This document shows positions 1-11,284 of a stretch of 64,000 bases of DNA, in pieces. The notes below the pieces were generated by a model. It ran no database searches. It was not told the DNA's origin and saw only the letters and a list, made by a program, of their open reading frames with translations. The stretch is taken from the NCBI GenBank assembly GCA_032718475.1, contig JAUCBJ010003419.1, positions 38,200 through 102,199 on the forward strand, read 5' to 3'. The stretch is from Nemertoderma westbladi. Taxonomy: Eukaryota; Animalia; Xenacoelomorpha. Within the stretch, counting starts at the first letter, position 1. Each line of letters opens with the position of its first letter. A program made the position numbers and the translations under genes.

Positions 1-290
1 AGTTTAAGTCCTTTTTGGTCTCTAACTTCGTTTTTCGACGTTAAGTCTTTTTTTAGTCTTAATGGGCTATTCTTTTACACAATATAAAAAAATTCCGATT
101 GGCAGATCAGTACCACCATTATTTGTTTACATTGCTTTATGACTGAACCCCAATGGAAATGAATAATGTTTGTCTAATGAGAAGCAACCATTCAATACAG
201 CCAAATATATAATTTAATAATATATAATATATATATAAATATATATATATATATAATATATGATTTAATAATACAATAATAATTAATATA

Positions 291-1469
291 ATGGATAAAA
301 TAGTTTATCTACAAACTGGTTCTAAATTGGTATACATTAACTTATCACGGGTACAACAAGATGAAGGTGATAATACTGGAGAGTCTATGGACCTCGATGT
401 AATAAATGGTGACGTTGTATGTGTTTTTCCAAAACCTACCAAATTCAATGTAGCAACATTGCATGAAAATGAATTTGATAAGTTTGTGACGAAAAATGCG
501 AATCAATTTAGTTATGGAGAAGATAAGATTAATTATCAAGGATGTTTTTTATGGGATTTCGGGAACTTAGTTAAAGGATATTGGTTTCCTCTGGGAAAGA
601 TCTGTTTCGGCTCCATCGCTTACGATGCTGATAACTTGAACCTCCTACTACTCGGCGATAAAGAAATTTCTAAAGCCATAATGGCTATTTCTTCACCAAT
701 TTTTGATAAGACTGGTAAATCAGCAGTAACTAGGAGTTTATCCAGAGTTAAAGAAATATTAAACGAGGTGGCACCCCATTTACCTGAAGCCAAAGTATTG
801 CTTAATATGATAGAAAAGAGAATCACCTGCATGGGAGATGTGAAGGACGACTCAAAACTAAGAAAGTTTAAATTTATTGTTATTGAAGGCTTGGATGGAG
901 CAGGGAAATCTACTCTAGTGAAAAATTTAGCGAACCATATTGGTGGGACGGCATTGAAATGTCCGGGTAATTCGGTGCGTCACTTAGCGGACGGGTTCAG
1001 TGTCTACAAATTGGGAGTTGTATGGAGGGCGTACTACTACGCTAGCAGTTATATAACCGCTGCAGACGTGATTACTGCACTCAGGAAAGGTCCCGTTGTG
1101 TTAGACCGGTTTCGACAGACGACCACGTCGTTCGGAATGTCCACATTTCTGGGGGGACTCGATCTCAGTTACCTCCCCAGCACTGGGGATCCCATTTACG
1201 AATGGCCTGGCGATTTAATCACTCCCGACGTGGAACTTTATATTGTGGTGTCGGAAGATGAAAGGAACAGAAGATTAAGGAAACGCCCCGAACTTGTTAC
1301 GGTAACGGAAGAGCGGTTGGAGAAGGATTGGTTGTTTCGAAACGGAATAACTGAGGTTTATAGTAGATTACGTGACTCAGCAACCTTCCCATGTGAATTT
1401 ATTGATGGGTCTGGGCCTACTGAACAGGTGCAGTTAGCTGCCCTACAAGCACTATCAGATATAAATTAG
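291..1469 (+). CDS. CMPK2: UMP-CMP kinase 2 / thymidylate-kinase-family protein (CMPK2-like), single exon
   Basis: P-loop IVIEGLDGAGKST, then PVVLDRF, LP..GDPIYEWPGDLITPD and V.EDER.RRL..R follow the CMPK2 kinase domain (human VAIEGLDATGKTT, PVIVDRY, HPVYQWPEDLLKPD). The start may be 291 or the ATG at 387. Confidence 0.85.
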   Translation: MDKIVYLQTGSKLVYINLSRVQQDEGDNTGESMDLDVINGDVVCVFPKPTKFNVATLHENEFDKFVTKNANQFSYGEDKINYQGCFLWDFGNLVKGYWFPLGKICFGSIAYDADNLNLLLLGDKEISKAIMAISSPIFDKTGKSAVTRSLSRVKEILNEVAPHLPEAKVLLNMIEKRITCMGDVKDDSKLRKFKFIVIEGLDGAGKSTLVKNLANHIGGTALKCPGNSVRHLADGFSVYKLGVVWRAYYYASSYITAADVITALRKGPVVLDRFRQTTTSFGMSTFLGGLDLSYLPSTGDPIYEWPGDLITPDVELYIVVSEDERNRRLRKRPELVTVTEERLEKDWLFRNGITEVYSRLRDSATFPCEFIDGSGPTEQVQLAALQALSDIN

Positions 1470-2220
1470 AAGTTAAATGAGAAATGCCTTGGTTTGAGAT
1501 TAATACTCAACTTATTTGGAATATTTTGGGTTCTATATAATTTTACATTCCACCTTTAATTTAATTTAATTCAATTTCTTAAATTAGTGTCAAATTATTT
1601 GGTTACTGCGACAAAATTCAACTGACTGCAATGCAATATTATTATTCTACTGCAGCGTGTATCGTTTCTTATTATGTTAATCATTCATAATTATTTGTTA
1701 TTTATACATAAAAATAATAATAATTATTACATATTAATAATTTATTAATGATAAGAAAATTATTTTTTACAAGGAATATATTGTTTTAATTAAGGTAAGG
1801 TGAGGTGACCCCCACTAACGAAATTCAAACATACAGGGTGTTCGCCAGAATATGTTACGGTTTCATTCTTTAACTCTCCTGCACTTTGACGAAAATTGTT
1901 CATTTTGGTTCCAATTGAAAGCCAGATTATAAACTTAGACTTTGGTATAAAACAGGGTTGTTTGATATAAATCATTTGATTTAAATCACATATAGAAAAT
2001 CAAAAAAATCAGATTTTTTTGATTTTTTTAAAATCATGAATTTTATCAACCATACTGTAACGCCAGGAGAAACATTGCATTATTGATTATTAATAAATGA
2101 TTGAAATTAACTACATATTTACATGAAAATACAGTATCCATATGTCACATTTTCAATACCATACAGTATGCAGAGGCCCATTAATTAAGTTGTAGTAGTC
2201 CTATTCAGTTTGTTGTTTAT

Positions 2221-2633
2221 TTAGTTTATATTCGAATTCGGGATTTCCGGGATCGGGACCGGGATTATCACTCTCGAGATCCCGTTTTACGGGATCGGTA
2301 TTGCAATTTTGGATTAAATTCATCAAAGGTAATAGTATATGTGCGCGTTTTCGGTAACACTCACTTTATCTTACACTTCTGAAATATTACTGTACTAAGA
2401 TAAAGTTATATTAAAATTATCTTATAAATTATTACTGGATGGTTTACTGAAATAAAAATTAGATATAATCAAAACATTTCCGTTCTGCTGGAATTTTTTT
2501 TTAGATGTTCAACAAATTTAATTAACCATTTAAACTTCGGGATCCCGTTCCAAAAAAGTCTGAATCGGGATTGGATATTTCGCTGGGATTCCGGTTTTTC
2601 GGTATAAGGATCGGGATCCCGTATAAACATTAG
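2221..2633. mobile_element. Probable MITE remnant with CGGGATCCCG-type subterminal motifs
   Basis: Clusters of CGGGAT/ATCCCG motifs at both ends and loosely inverted termini; no TSD resolved. Confidence 0.45.
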
Positions 2634-2752
2634 TGCAAGAAGTTTTCACAATGTTTTCATATAAAATCTGATTTAAATAAAAAAATCTGATTTAAATAAA
2701 AAAATCTGATTTAAATAAAAAAATCTGATTTGAATAAAAAAGTGATTTAAAT

Positions 2753-3109
2753 GGGTGACTACAAAACAAAGACCAAAGACCCAAATAATAAAGACCTGCA
2801 TAAATCTTGAAACATGTGTTAACTTTCGTTTATTGTGGTTCCCCCAACAAGCCTCTGTAACATGCTCCTTTACTAACTTGTTCCTTTAAATGTCAATGTA
2901 ATCTAACGCTCTTTGGGACCTGTACAAAATAAAGAGGTAAAGTCGCGTTACGTCCTAAAGGGCGTTAGGTCCCATTGCCATTTACAGTAGCAGGTTAGTA
3001 AAGGAGTAGGTTACAGAGGCGTGTTGGGGGAGCCAAAACAATAAACGAAAGTTAACATATGTGTTTCGTACAGGTCTTTGTTATTTGGGTCTTTGCTTTG
3101 TAGTCACCC
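2753..3109. mobile_element. Mutator-like foldback MITE
   Basis: GGGTGACTACAAA...TTTGTAGTCACCC with long inverted arms; 9-bp TSD GATTTAAAT at 2744-2752 and 3110-3118. Confidence 0.8.
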
Positions 3110-4659
3110 GATTTAAATAAAAAAAATCTGATTTAAATAAAAAAATCTGATTTTTTTGATTTTTTTTTAAATCATGATTTTTATCAACCCTGGTATAAAA
3201 CATGATGTGGTTCTCGAATGCCATCATTGCCATAGCAACGCTTAAAAACAAATCCAGTATTGTGATATGATCATCAATGTGATATTAATATGATATTGAT
3301 GCGATGTTAATTAATTTCATTTTTAAATGACATAACAGTTTGTTAGAAAATTTCACAGTTTAAAACAAACAAATTAAAGTGGAGCTAGAACAAAAGTCAG
3401 TATACTTCGATGTGGGCGCCACCAACAGCTTGGACCTTCTTCAGTCCTTGTTTCATTTCACCATGAGATCTTTTGTAAATGAGACAGAGGGACATCCTGG
3501 AATGCCTGACAAATGGCAGTCTGGAGCTCATTAAAGAGTACAAGTTAAGAATACAACATTTTTTTTAATGTACGTAATTCCTACGTATATGTGTAAAAGT
3601 CCTATATGTATTTTGTATGTATTGATTTTTATGTACAAATATGAAATACAATGTAAACTTGAAATTAATAAGTACTATTTAATACACCACGTTTGCATTT
3701 TTTGTCACTTATTTATAATATTATTATCTATAGTATTATAAAAAAAGTTCATCTTAATTCATTCAATTTTAAATCTCCTTTTAATTAAAATATATTTGGT
3801 AAACATTCTGGTGCTTAGGCTGTAATGATTATCTTTAATTAGTGCAATATTCAAATGTTTACAATGCAAACTTGTTAATTAATAAGTATTATTAAATACA
3901 TCCCATTTTAATTTTTTGTAACTTTTTTTTATAATATTATTATCGTATTATAAAAAGTTCCCTTTTTTAGCAGCTGCCCCCGTCGCACAAATTTGCTTCC
4001 GGCGCCCCTGCCAGTACCTAAAGCAACACGTCGCAATGATGTTCGTGGGTTATTCTGTAAGGTTTGTTTTATGCTGTCTACTTGTTCTTGCGTTAGTGAT
4101 GTGTGTCCTGAGCCACGCTTCCTCAATAGAGTCTTTTCATTGTGGAACTTTAATACCAGCCTTGCGATATCCATGCGAACTGGACGCCGTTGGTTTGGAT
4201 ACTCATGGCCAAACTGTAAAGCAGTTAGCTTTTAAGTAAGTTTTGATTATAAACGCTTTCTGATCAACTGTAAACATTGTTACAGCATTAAAATAACAAC
4301 AAAAATCCACGAAAATAACACGAAAATAGAAACCTAAACAAGACTAAAATAACCACAAAAACAACCACAATTTACTGTTTGTTGTAAAATAAGCCAGTCT
4401 GGAATATAACTTGTTATCTAGTAACAGTAACTAATTCAAAATGTTTAAACCTTTTTTTAGTTTTTACCTTTTTTTAGAACCTTTTCATTTTAAAGCGTTG
4501 CTATGGCAATGATGGCATTCGAGAACCACATCATGTTTTATACCAAAGTCTAAGTTTATAATCTGGCTTTCAATTGGAACCAAAATGAACAATTTTCGTC
4601 AAAGTTCAGGAGAGTTATTAAAGAATGAAACCGTAACATATTCTGGCGAACACCCTGTA

Positions 4660-4889
4660 TTTAAAATACTTTGCATGTCCAGCTTTCCATCGGTACGTTA
4701 CGGAGAAACGTTTTGGAAATTCGTGTACCTATAATTTTAAATCGAAAATTACAATTCTGGCTACCCAGTAAGGACGAGTTTGTGAAACTATCTCTGTTTC
4801 AAATTTCATGCAATCTCATTAACATTTGTAGACAAATTTGACGGGCTGTGGGTCACTGAATTATGAAACTATACTCCGATGCACGGTGT
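4660..4889. mobile_element. Partial arm of the foldback family seen at 11285-12231; target of the Tc1/mariner insertion
   Basis: TGTGAAACTATCTCTGTTTCAAATTTCATGCAATCTCA resembles ~12085-12120. ACATA|TTTAAAATACTTTGCATGTCCAGCTTTC, rejoined across the Tc1 insertion, resembles the reverse complement of ~11562-11593. Confidence 0.6.
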
Positions 4890-6436
4890 TGTAGTGTCGC
4901 TAAAGGGTCGTCCTTAAATTACGTAACGCTTTTTGGAGGGTTTTTGACCCCTCCCTCCCTCCCCACTCATCACAAAGTGTCACGATAGCTCCAAATATAC
5001 CAAATTGTTCACGCAATATGTTCCAAATTTAATAACAATGTATTTATCTGAATATTAACATGAAATAATATTTATTCTTGTCCATTACGTTTTGGTCAGC
5101 ACATTTAAAACTTAGTGGCGTACGGGGTAAACGGAAGTCGCAGCAAAATCGTGAATGATATGAGCATCGAGGACAGGACGGAAGCGTTTGTATCGCGTAT
5201 CAAAACCCATTCCGAGAATATAAACCAGTGCATCAAATACCAGTTATTGCAATCCCCGTCTTCTCCATAATCAGTATCGTCCTGATCGCGACACAGAACT
5301 ACAGTACGTATACCAAACAGAATGTCCTGTAAAATTTCCCTCTCCATTTAACTCCAATAATATATTGATGATCTTCTGCAAAGAGACGTGAATGTCTCCA
5401 CATTAATAAACAGCTCTGATTATTCTGAGTTTTTGTAGAGCATGCAACAGTATGTTGGGAACCATGGTCAGCACTTACGTATTGACCAAGTGCAGGGTCC
5501 TGAGGCTCATTGGCCGTTCTGCTGCTCCCAGATGAGTAATATGCCAGTACATAAAAGTTCGAGGTATACCTGGGGGTATTTGATTTGCCTATCAGTCTTT
5601 TACACATACATCACATGGAAACATTTATTTCCCAAACATGGGTCATTCTTAAAAAAAACAGTTAAAGAAACCTCCACATTCCTATTTTAGAAATCCCCCC
5701 TGTTTGATCGTTACATAGATGTGGTTGAACACTTCGCGCGTCTTATAATATCCGGGAGACCGATTTTATTCACATAGACAGCCGAGGTTGGCGCCATAAC
5801 TTCACATCGGATTGACCCACATTGTGGTACCCATGGTAAAGAGACCCACAGGCGGGGGCCAGATCCCGTATCCTTCGAGGGTCGTCCCATCACATACAGA
5901 GTAGCCTACTGATGACGAATGGCTTTCTTTACTAGTATATCAAGGAAATCTTTTTCGAGAAAGGGCAGAGCCATTTTTTTGTTTTTTAAATTTTTTACAG
6001 TTGTTACAAAATTCAGATAATATTAAACAATACCCAGCACCAGCTGACGTTACTAGGCAACAAATGTTAGAGGGAACTTGGAAAATGAAAAGTGTACTTT
6101 GCCCGCCCCCAACACAGAAAGTCTCTATGATGTATGGAGCATACTACTGTACTACCCCACCCTGCCGAACTGCGCCAACACCCCCGGTCTGAGTCCGCGT
6201 TAGCCAACCGGATCGACGAGTCGGTGACTGCCTCCCGCACCGGTCGCCTAGCAGCCGAACGGTAACCGCGCAAACCTATTACACAATGTATGGAATAAAG
6301 TTTGTAATTAATATTTGAATTATTTAATATATACATACAATATTGTTTGTACAATTATTTACAAAACTTTTTACATTTACAGGTTATTATTAATACTTAA
6401 ACCGTCTAAAACCCTAAAAGTAGGAGTTTATGTGAG

Positions 6437-8371
6437 TTAAACAGCTTCGATTATGACTCCGAGTTCTATTAATATTTTTTTCTGAAACTCTTCGAACTCA
6501 TCGAACTCCATTCGATCCTTCTGATTCAATTCCTCCTCGGTAGGGACGGGTATGGCAGCGTTAGCGCGTTCCTTCGACTCATGCGATTCGCGCTCCCGTT
6601 TTATTCTGAGTCCTTCCAACTTCCGTTCCTCAACATACGTGATCCGTTTGGTCTCTCGGTCCAGATAGTACGACATACTCTCCTCCTCTCTTGGTAACGG
6701 GTGTCTCAGACTCCAAGGCACTTCTAAAACGTGTAGGGTCCCAATAGAGTCGGCCGCGGCTAATAGCTGTTGCTTCTTACTGATTCGCCACGGGGAGAGA
6801 CACATTATAGAGTGCGGAGAAACGTCCTGCACCATCGATGCTTCCTGAGTTTTATCGAGTAAGTCGTAGACTTGTATTTGCCCGTCTTCCCGTCCCACGT
6901 AGAATACCGACGGGCGCGTGGGACTCCAGGCCCCCGACGTGAGTCTGTGTTGGGAGGGAGCGCTGCTTAGCAACGGACCTTCCTCTATCCCTTCCTTCCA
7001 GATACAGAAGTTCCACCCGCCGACTGAGAGTAGAATATCGCGGAAGAAAGGACTCCGTTGCAGCGTGTTAACCGGCCCGTCGTGGACCGAACGCACGAAC
7101 AGGGGCCGCCTGTGAGTCATGCGACCTGTGTCTGGGTCCTTCTCGACCGACCAATCACAGTAAACCAACTCCCCGTCCTCAGTACCAACGTAAAATTTCG
7201 TAGAAATTTCATCCAAAGCTATTTTCGATTTCTCCGGCACTTTAGTGTATCCATACTTGGATACGGATTTGCTCGGCCTTTGTTCCTTCACAGACGGCTC
7301 TTCTTTCTTCGGCAGGCTACTCCTATCCCCTTGGACTTCGGGATGGGAGTACCTTGTAGGAGCAAACTCCCCACTTCCGTCTAGTTTCGGAGTAGAAATC
7401 TTCATAATGGGTTTCCAAGTTAAATCCAAGTGTTTAAAGGTGGTGGGAGTGGCCAGTGGGTTGTCCTGCGTGGGATTGGGAGCGGCTCCTTTAGGGAGCC
7501 GAGTCTCCCAATACATAACGCTCCCGTCCGTGGAGGTGGAGACCAACTGGACCGATTGCAACTTGGGGTTCTCGAAGACCTGCCCCGTTCGCGTGATTTC
7601 GATGTGATCCGGTAGCCAATGTATGTCGGACACGCACATAGCGTGCCCGGACTCGACGCTGGACAGCGCGCAATAACGGACAACTGGAGTCTCTATGAGA
7701 CTCTCGTCTTGGTATCCTGGTAACGACATCATGGTGTTCCTTTGGTCGCGTTTACTATGTCTTGATGATTTCAGCCGCTCCATCCATCTACTCATGTCCC
7801 ACAAGACAACCTGACCGTTTACGCAGCCTCCCGCAACTATATGAGGCTCCGTGGCCGAGAACTTGAAACAGAAGATATCGTCAGGCGCTTCTAGTATAAT
7901 CTGTGGGTGGATGGGGTCCTGGAAGCTCCAAATGAGAATGAGTGCGGGGTTCATTATCATTTTGTGGGAATTATCGACACGCTCGTCGAATGAGGCCCGC
8001 TCGGCGCAGGCCACCGCCACAATTCCTTTAATAGTCGGATGCCACTCGGCCGCCGTTATAGTTTTATCACGAGAGAAGACGAGATCCGTGAAGCTCTGGT
8101 ACTCTTTAAGATGATTTTCGGCTTTGTTGCCGAATGCGTCATCCTGCCCTAAGGCCAACCAGTCGTCTATGAATGGGTTCATTATCTCGTTCTGCTGAAG
8201 GGCCCTTTCGAACCGCGGACAAACTTCCTCCATGAACTCTTTGAGGTTGAGATCGAGTAGCATGTCTTCAGATTCGGCTTCGGTGAAGGTTCGCGGTTCG
8301 TACTGGACCGCTGCGTTCTTGGGATAGTGCCACTCCGTCTGGGCCGTTCTATTAATTACTTCGGGTACCGC
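6437..8371 (-). CDS. DNAI3: Dynein axonemal intermediate chain 3 (WDR63), coding exon 2 (WD40 region)
   Basis: Acceptor ttttcag|GCG at 8371. Reads AVPEVINRTAQTEWHYPKNAAVQYEPR..., LKEYQSFTDL, LILIWSFQDPIHPQIILEAPDDIFCFKF, GGCVNGQVVLWD, FYVGTEDGELVY, QRSPFFRDILLSVGGW, WSPTRPSVF; these motifs are typical of WDR63. Confidence 0.93.
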   Translation of the reverse strand, partial: AVPEVINRTAQTEWHYPKNAAVQYEPRTFTEAESEDMLLDLNLKEFMEEVCPRFERALQQNEIMNPFIDDWLALGQDDAFGNKAENHLKEYQSFTDLVFSRDKTITAAEWHPTIKGIVAVACAERASFDERVDNSHKMIMNPALILIWSFQDPIHPQIILEAPDDIFCFKFSATEPHIVAGGCVNGQVVLWDMSRWMERLKSSRHSKRDQRNTMMSLPGYQDESLIETPVVRYCALSSVESGHAMCVSDIHWLPDHIEITRTGQVFENPKLQSVQLVSTSTDGSVMYWETRLPKGAAPNPTQDNPLATPTTFKHLDLTWKPIMKISTPKLDGSGEFAPTRYSHPEVQGDRSSLPKKEEPSVKEQRPSKSVSKYGYTKVPEKSKIALDEISTKFYVGTEDGELVYCDWSVEKDPDTGRMTHRRPLFVRSVHDGPVNTLQRSPFFRDILLSVGGWNFCIWKEGIEEGPLLSSAPSQHRLTSGAWSPTRPSVFYVGREDGQIQVYDLLDKTQEASMVQDVSPHSIMCLSPWRISKKQQLLAAADSIGTLHVLEVPWSLRHPLPREEESMSYYLDRETKRITYVEERKLEGLRIKRERESHESKERANAAIPVPTEEELNQKDRMEFDEFEEFQKKILIELGVIIEAV

Positions 8372-9526
8372 CTGAAAATGATTATTATAAAAAATATTAC
8401 CAAAATATAAAAACTGATAGCAGAGATAGTCTGACTCTTAATTAAATTATTTATATTAATTATAAATTGAATGCGACCCCTAGATAAAGCAACGGTATAC
8501 AGACGTTTCGGTCTAGGACGTTTCGGTCCAGGACGTTTCGGCCCGGACATTTCGGCCCGGACGATTCGGCCCGGACGATTCGGCCCGGACGTTTCGGCCC
8601 ATGACTGTAACCGAATGAAAAGGCCAACTTGTTTGATATGATAATAATTATTCATTAAAATTATAATTATTTCACAATAACATACAAACACTTAATGAAA
8701 TATCTTTCATGAAATGGCTATTTAATTTATTTAAATCAAAATAAAATACACATTATGCATGTGGTGCTCTGCCCCATTATGTTTTGCGGCCGAAAAAATG
8801 CAAGTCAGAACAAAACGTTTGGTACCGAGTACCACATTGCTAATAAACTACTAAAGCGAATCAATTTCACGAACCATTTAGGGCTTAAATCTCGTGTGAT
8901 CGATATATTTTGGAGATACTTCATTAGTTTAATTAAACATTACTCAATTAATAATTCTTGTAGCTGGACAGTGTATTGCAGCTATGTCTTAATGATCTGT
9001 TGAAACAATAACTCTCATCTCGATGATAGATGATTTATACCCATGGATAACGACGTATAATGCGTTTATTAATACATATTTTATTTCACTTCACATCCAC
9101 TCTGGTCCTTTTAATACGCATATAATTCCTCTAAATTTAAATTTAATACCCATATATTTCATCTAAATTTAAATTTAATACCCATATATTTCATCTAAAT
9201 TTAAATTTAATACGCATATATTTTATCTCATTCTATATGACATCCAGTCTATGTCATAATTATTAGCAATGCTCCTTTAATGGAATATTTCTTATCTATT
9301 ATATTTTTAAGTCTAACATTAAAATACAGTAATAATTTTAATTCGGTGTAATTTAATCTACTTTATTTATTGACTCACATTTTAAAATACTGTACGTATG
9401 TTTTTAACTATTACTTTACCTTTATTACTTTACCTATTACCTTTACTATTACTAACTTTTAACTATCTAACTGTATTAACTAAAGTTAATTTGTCAGCAT
9501 ATGTTATCTTTGTTCTAAGTTACAGT

Positions 9527-9753
9527 GTAAAGATGATAGAAAAAATAATAAAGTATTGAGGGTCTTTAGCTGGTTATATTATATTAGTCTGATTATAATA
9601 GTCTGATGCAGACCGGTAGGTCGAAAACGTTTACTATTGTATCTTTATCTAATATAATATAACCAGCTAAAGACCCTCAATACTTTATTATTTTTTCTAT
9701 CATCTTTACACTATGCTGCCGCTGGTGAATGCCTACCACTTCATCCGTTCGTT
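9527..9753 (+). mobile_element. Penelope-like retroelement fragment (inverted pLTR-like structure)
   Basis: 14-bp direct repeat TTCTAAGTTACAGT at 9513-9526 and 9754-9767; perfect ~64-bp inverted arms (9524-9587 and 9649-9712) enclosing a hammerhead motif. Confidence 0.6.
9594..9641 (+). ncRNA. Minimal type I hammerhead ribozyme-like motif
   Basis: Stem I TATAATAGT/ACTATTGTA, core CTGATG(C)A, stem II GACC-GGTA-GGTC, GAAA, palindromic stem III AACGTT, then UH. The core deviates from consensus at one position. Confidence 0.6.
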
Positions 9754-10114
9754 TTCTAAGTTACAGTATGGTGTAAATTTATATTAATAAATAATAATAA
9801 TAATAATATTACATTAGTTATTATTTATAAATATAATGTAGAACTTCGATCTTAACGACTTTGAAACAAGTGTCGGAGCAGTTCCTACTGACAACTCCTC
9901 TTGTAACGAACGTAACAACTACAAAACAAATATATTGAATAACTTATTATTAATAGCTTATTTAAGGGAGTAAAGTGAATCTTTGGGCCAAAACGTCCGA
10001 CAAGCAAATCTTGTATTTCATTTATTGGGCCGAAACGTCCTAGGCCAAAACGTCTTAGACCGAAACGTCTGTTACCCAAAGCAACACTGTTTGGTCACTT
10101 TTTTTAAATTGTTG

Positions 10115-10290
10115 TAGCCTAGCTCAACCCATGCTTTCACCCTTGACAGGTCGATAAATGGGAACCAAGAACAGAGTGGAAGAAGGATTTACTGTGGAAG
10201 ATCACACAAGGCATTTCCTGGCTTAATGACCCCAGAAGATTCCCATTAATGTAAGTAATTGTTAGTGCAATAATAAATAAAATAAATAAG
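10115..10290 (+). mobile_element. SINE 3' fragment (Nin/Deu-domain-like) with (AATA)n tail
   Basis: GCTTTCACCCTTGACAGGTCGATAAATGGGAACCA resembles the conserved CCTTTCATCCTT..GGTCGATAAAATGAGTACCA core of invertebrate SINEs (recalled, not searched); A-rich tail follows. Confidence 0.45.
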
Positions 10291-10715
10291 TATTGTACAC
10301 ATGGTTTTATTTTGTCCGCGATCTAACCTCTGTAAAATATTTACTTTCAGTTCATGTATACACATTAAGTTTTGTAGTTTTCGATTGATAATTCGCAACA
10401 AGATTACATTGTAATCTAATTACTTAATTAATTTCCAATCCCCCCTGGTGCAGATTTTTATGAGTATTTTAAAATTTCAAATCGTTTGTTAATAGCTAAT
10501 GTAGTTAAAAAGTTATAACCTTAACCTTACTCTGTGTAAGAGTCTGTGAAACCTGTCAGTCTGGGATTGTGTTTCTGACAGTTTGTCTGTCAAAATATAA
10601 CAAAAGGATTATTTTTCTTTCTAGCTCAAAATTTTGTTATGGTGGTTTTCCTGGTCGATGATTTAATTGCAATCGTCAGTTTTCACTTTTAACGAAAACT
10701 ATTATATCTATATCG

Positions 10716-10936
10716 GGGTCAGAGTAAAACGCGGATCCGGATTCTACATTTAACATTGTCCGGTACGGAAGTCGATATTTTTTTACATTTTTATAACTCC
10801 CAAAAATAAAACTATAACCTGTTCAATTGACTTTAGTTTATTGTTTTGGTTAAAATAACGTGCCACTGTAACCTGCTCCTTTCCCTTAATTCATAATTTT
10901 GGAATCCGGATCCGGATCCGCGTTTTACACCTACCC
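10716..10936. mobile_element. Mutator-like MITE
   Basis: GGGTCAGAGTAAAACGCGGATCCGGA...TCCGGATCCGCGTTTTACACCTACCC with exact 9-bp TSD TCTATATCG at 10707-10715 and 10937-10945. Confidence 0.85.
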
Positions 10937-11284
10937 TCTATATCGGTCTATATGTCTGTCTGTCTTTTGTCCGGCGAACTGTCTGTCAAGGTAATAGGAA
11001 GTAATCCAAATTTATTGCAAAATCTGTTGAAAATCTGGCAAAAAATAGGTTTTTTTAAAATAATTTTTGGACATATAGGCATTTATCAAAATTATGGTAA
11101 TAGCGTCGTTTCATGATGTCATTGTACGCAAATGATGTACTTTTGGGCACTTGATAGCCATCCCTCTAAAAGCCTTTAAAATCCCTTTAAAAAAACAATT
11201 GCATAAACTATGTTAATTAGGTTAAAATTAAAAATTTTGAAAAAAAAATTGAAAATTGCTTTCCATACATGACACATGTGTAGG

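Larger units (their letters stand above)
1953..3192. mobile_element. Non-autonomous hAT-like element nested in the Tc1/mariner left TIR
   Basis: Termini CAGGGTTG...CAACCCTG; exact 8-bp TSD GTATAAAA at 1945-1952 and 3193-3200; subterminal AAAAAATCTGATTTAAAT repeats. Confidence 0.85.
1834..4657 (-). mobile_element. Decayed Tc1/mariner-superfamily transposon with ~165-bp TIRs; left TIR split by an insertion
   Basis: TA|CAGGGTGTTCGCCAGAATATG at 1832 and CATATTCTGGCGAACACCCTG|TA ending at 4659. Left TIR (1834-1952 + 3201-3247) matches right TIR (~4490-4657). Minus-strand transposase remnants: N-terminal HTH-like RKRGSGH...NNPRTSLRRVA (3929-4174) and a C-terminal fragment with a stop (~3400-3530). 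Confidence 0.85.
8494..10076. mobile_element. Mutator-like non-autonomous element in the DNAI3 intron
   Basis: GGTATACAGACGTTTCGG...CCGAAACGTCTGTTACC termini; subterminal tandem GGACGTTTCGGYC motifs; flanking direct repeat (T/C)AAAGCAAC at 8485-8493 and 10077-10085. Confidence 0.8.

Noticed and set aside
5909-5960. CTGATGA as a second hammerhead core
   Set aside because: No stem II followed by GAAA and no stem I pairing.
6918-8114. Short ORFs overlapping DNAI3 exon 2, and similar ones over DNAI3 exon 1 and CNOT7
   Set aside because: Shadow ORFs of GC-richer coding sequence with no recognisable products.
10553-10586. 34-nt AG/GT-bounded minus-strand micro-exon that could give DNAI3 all-canonical splicing
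   Set aside because: It needs a weak donor (A|GTATTT) and a poor acceptor (AATTAATAG), removes the conserved Q-x-x-P segment, and lies in TCTGTC-rich repeat-like sequence. It is not excluded without RNA data.
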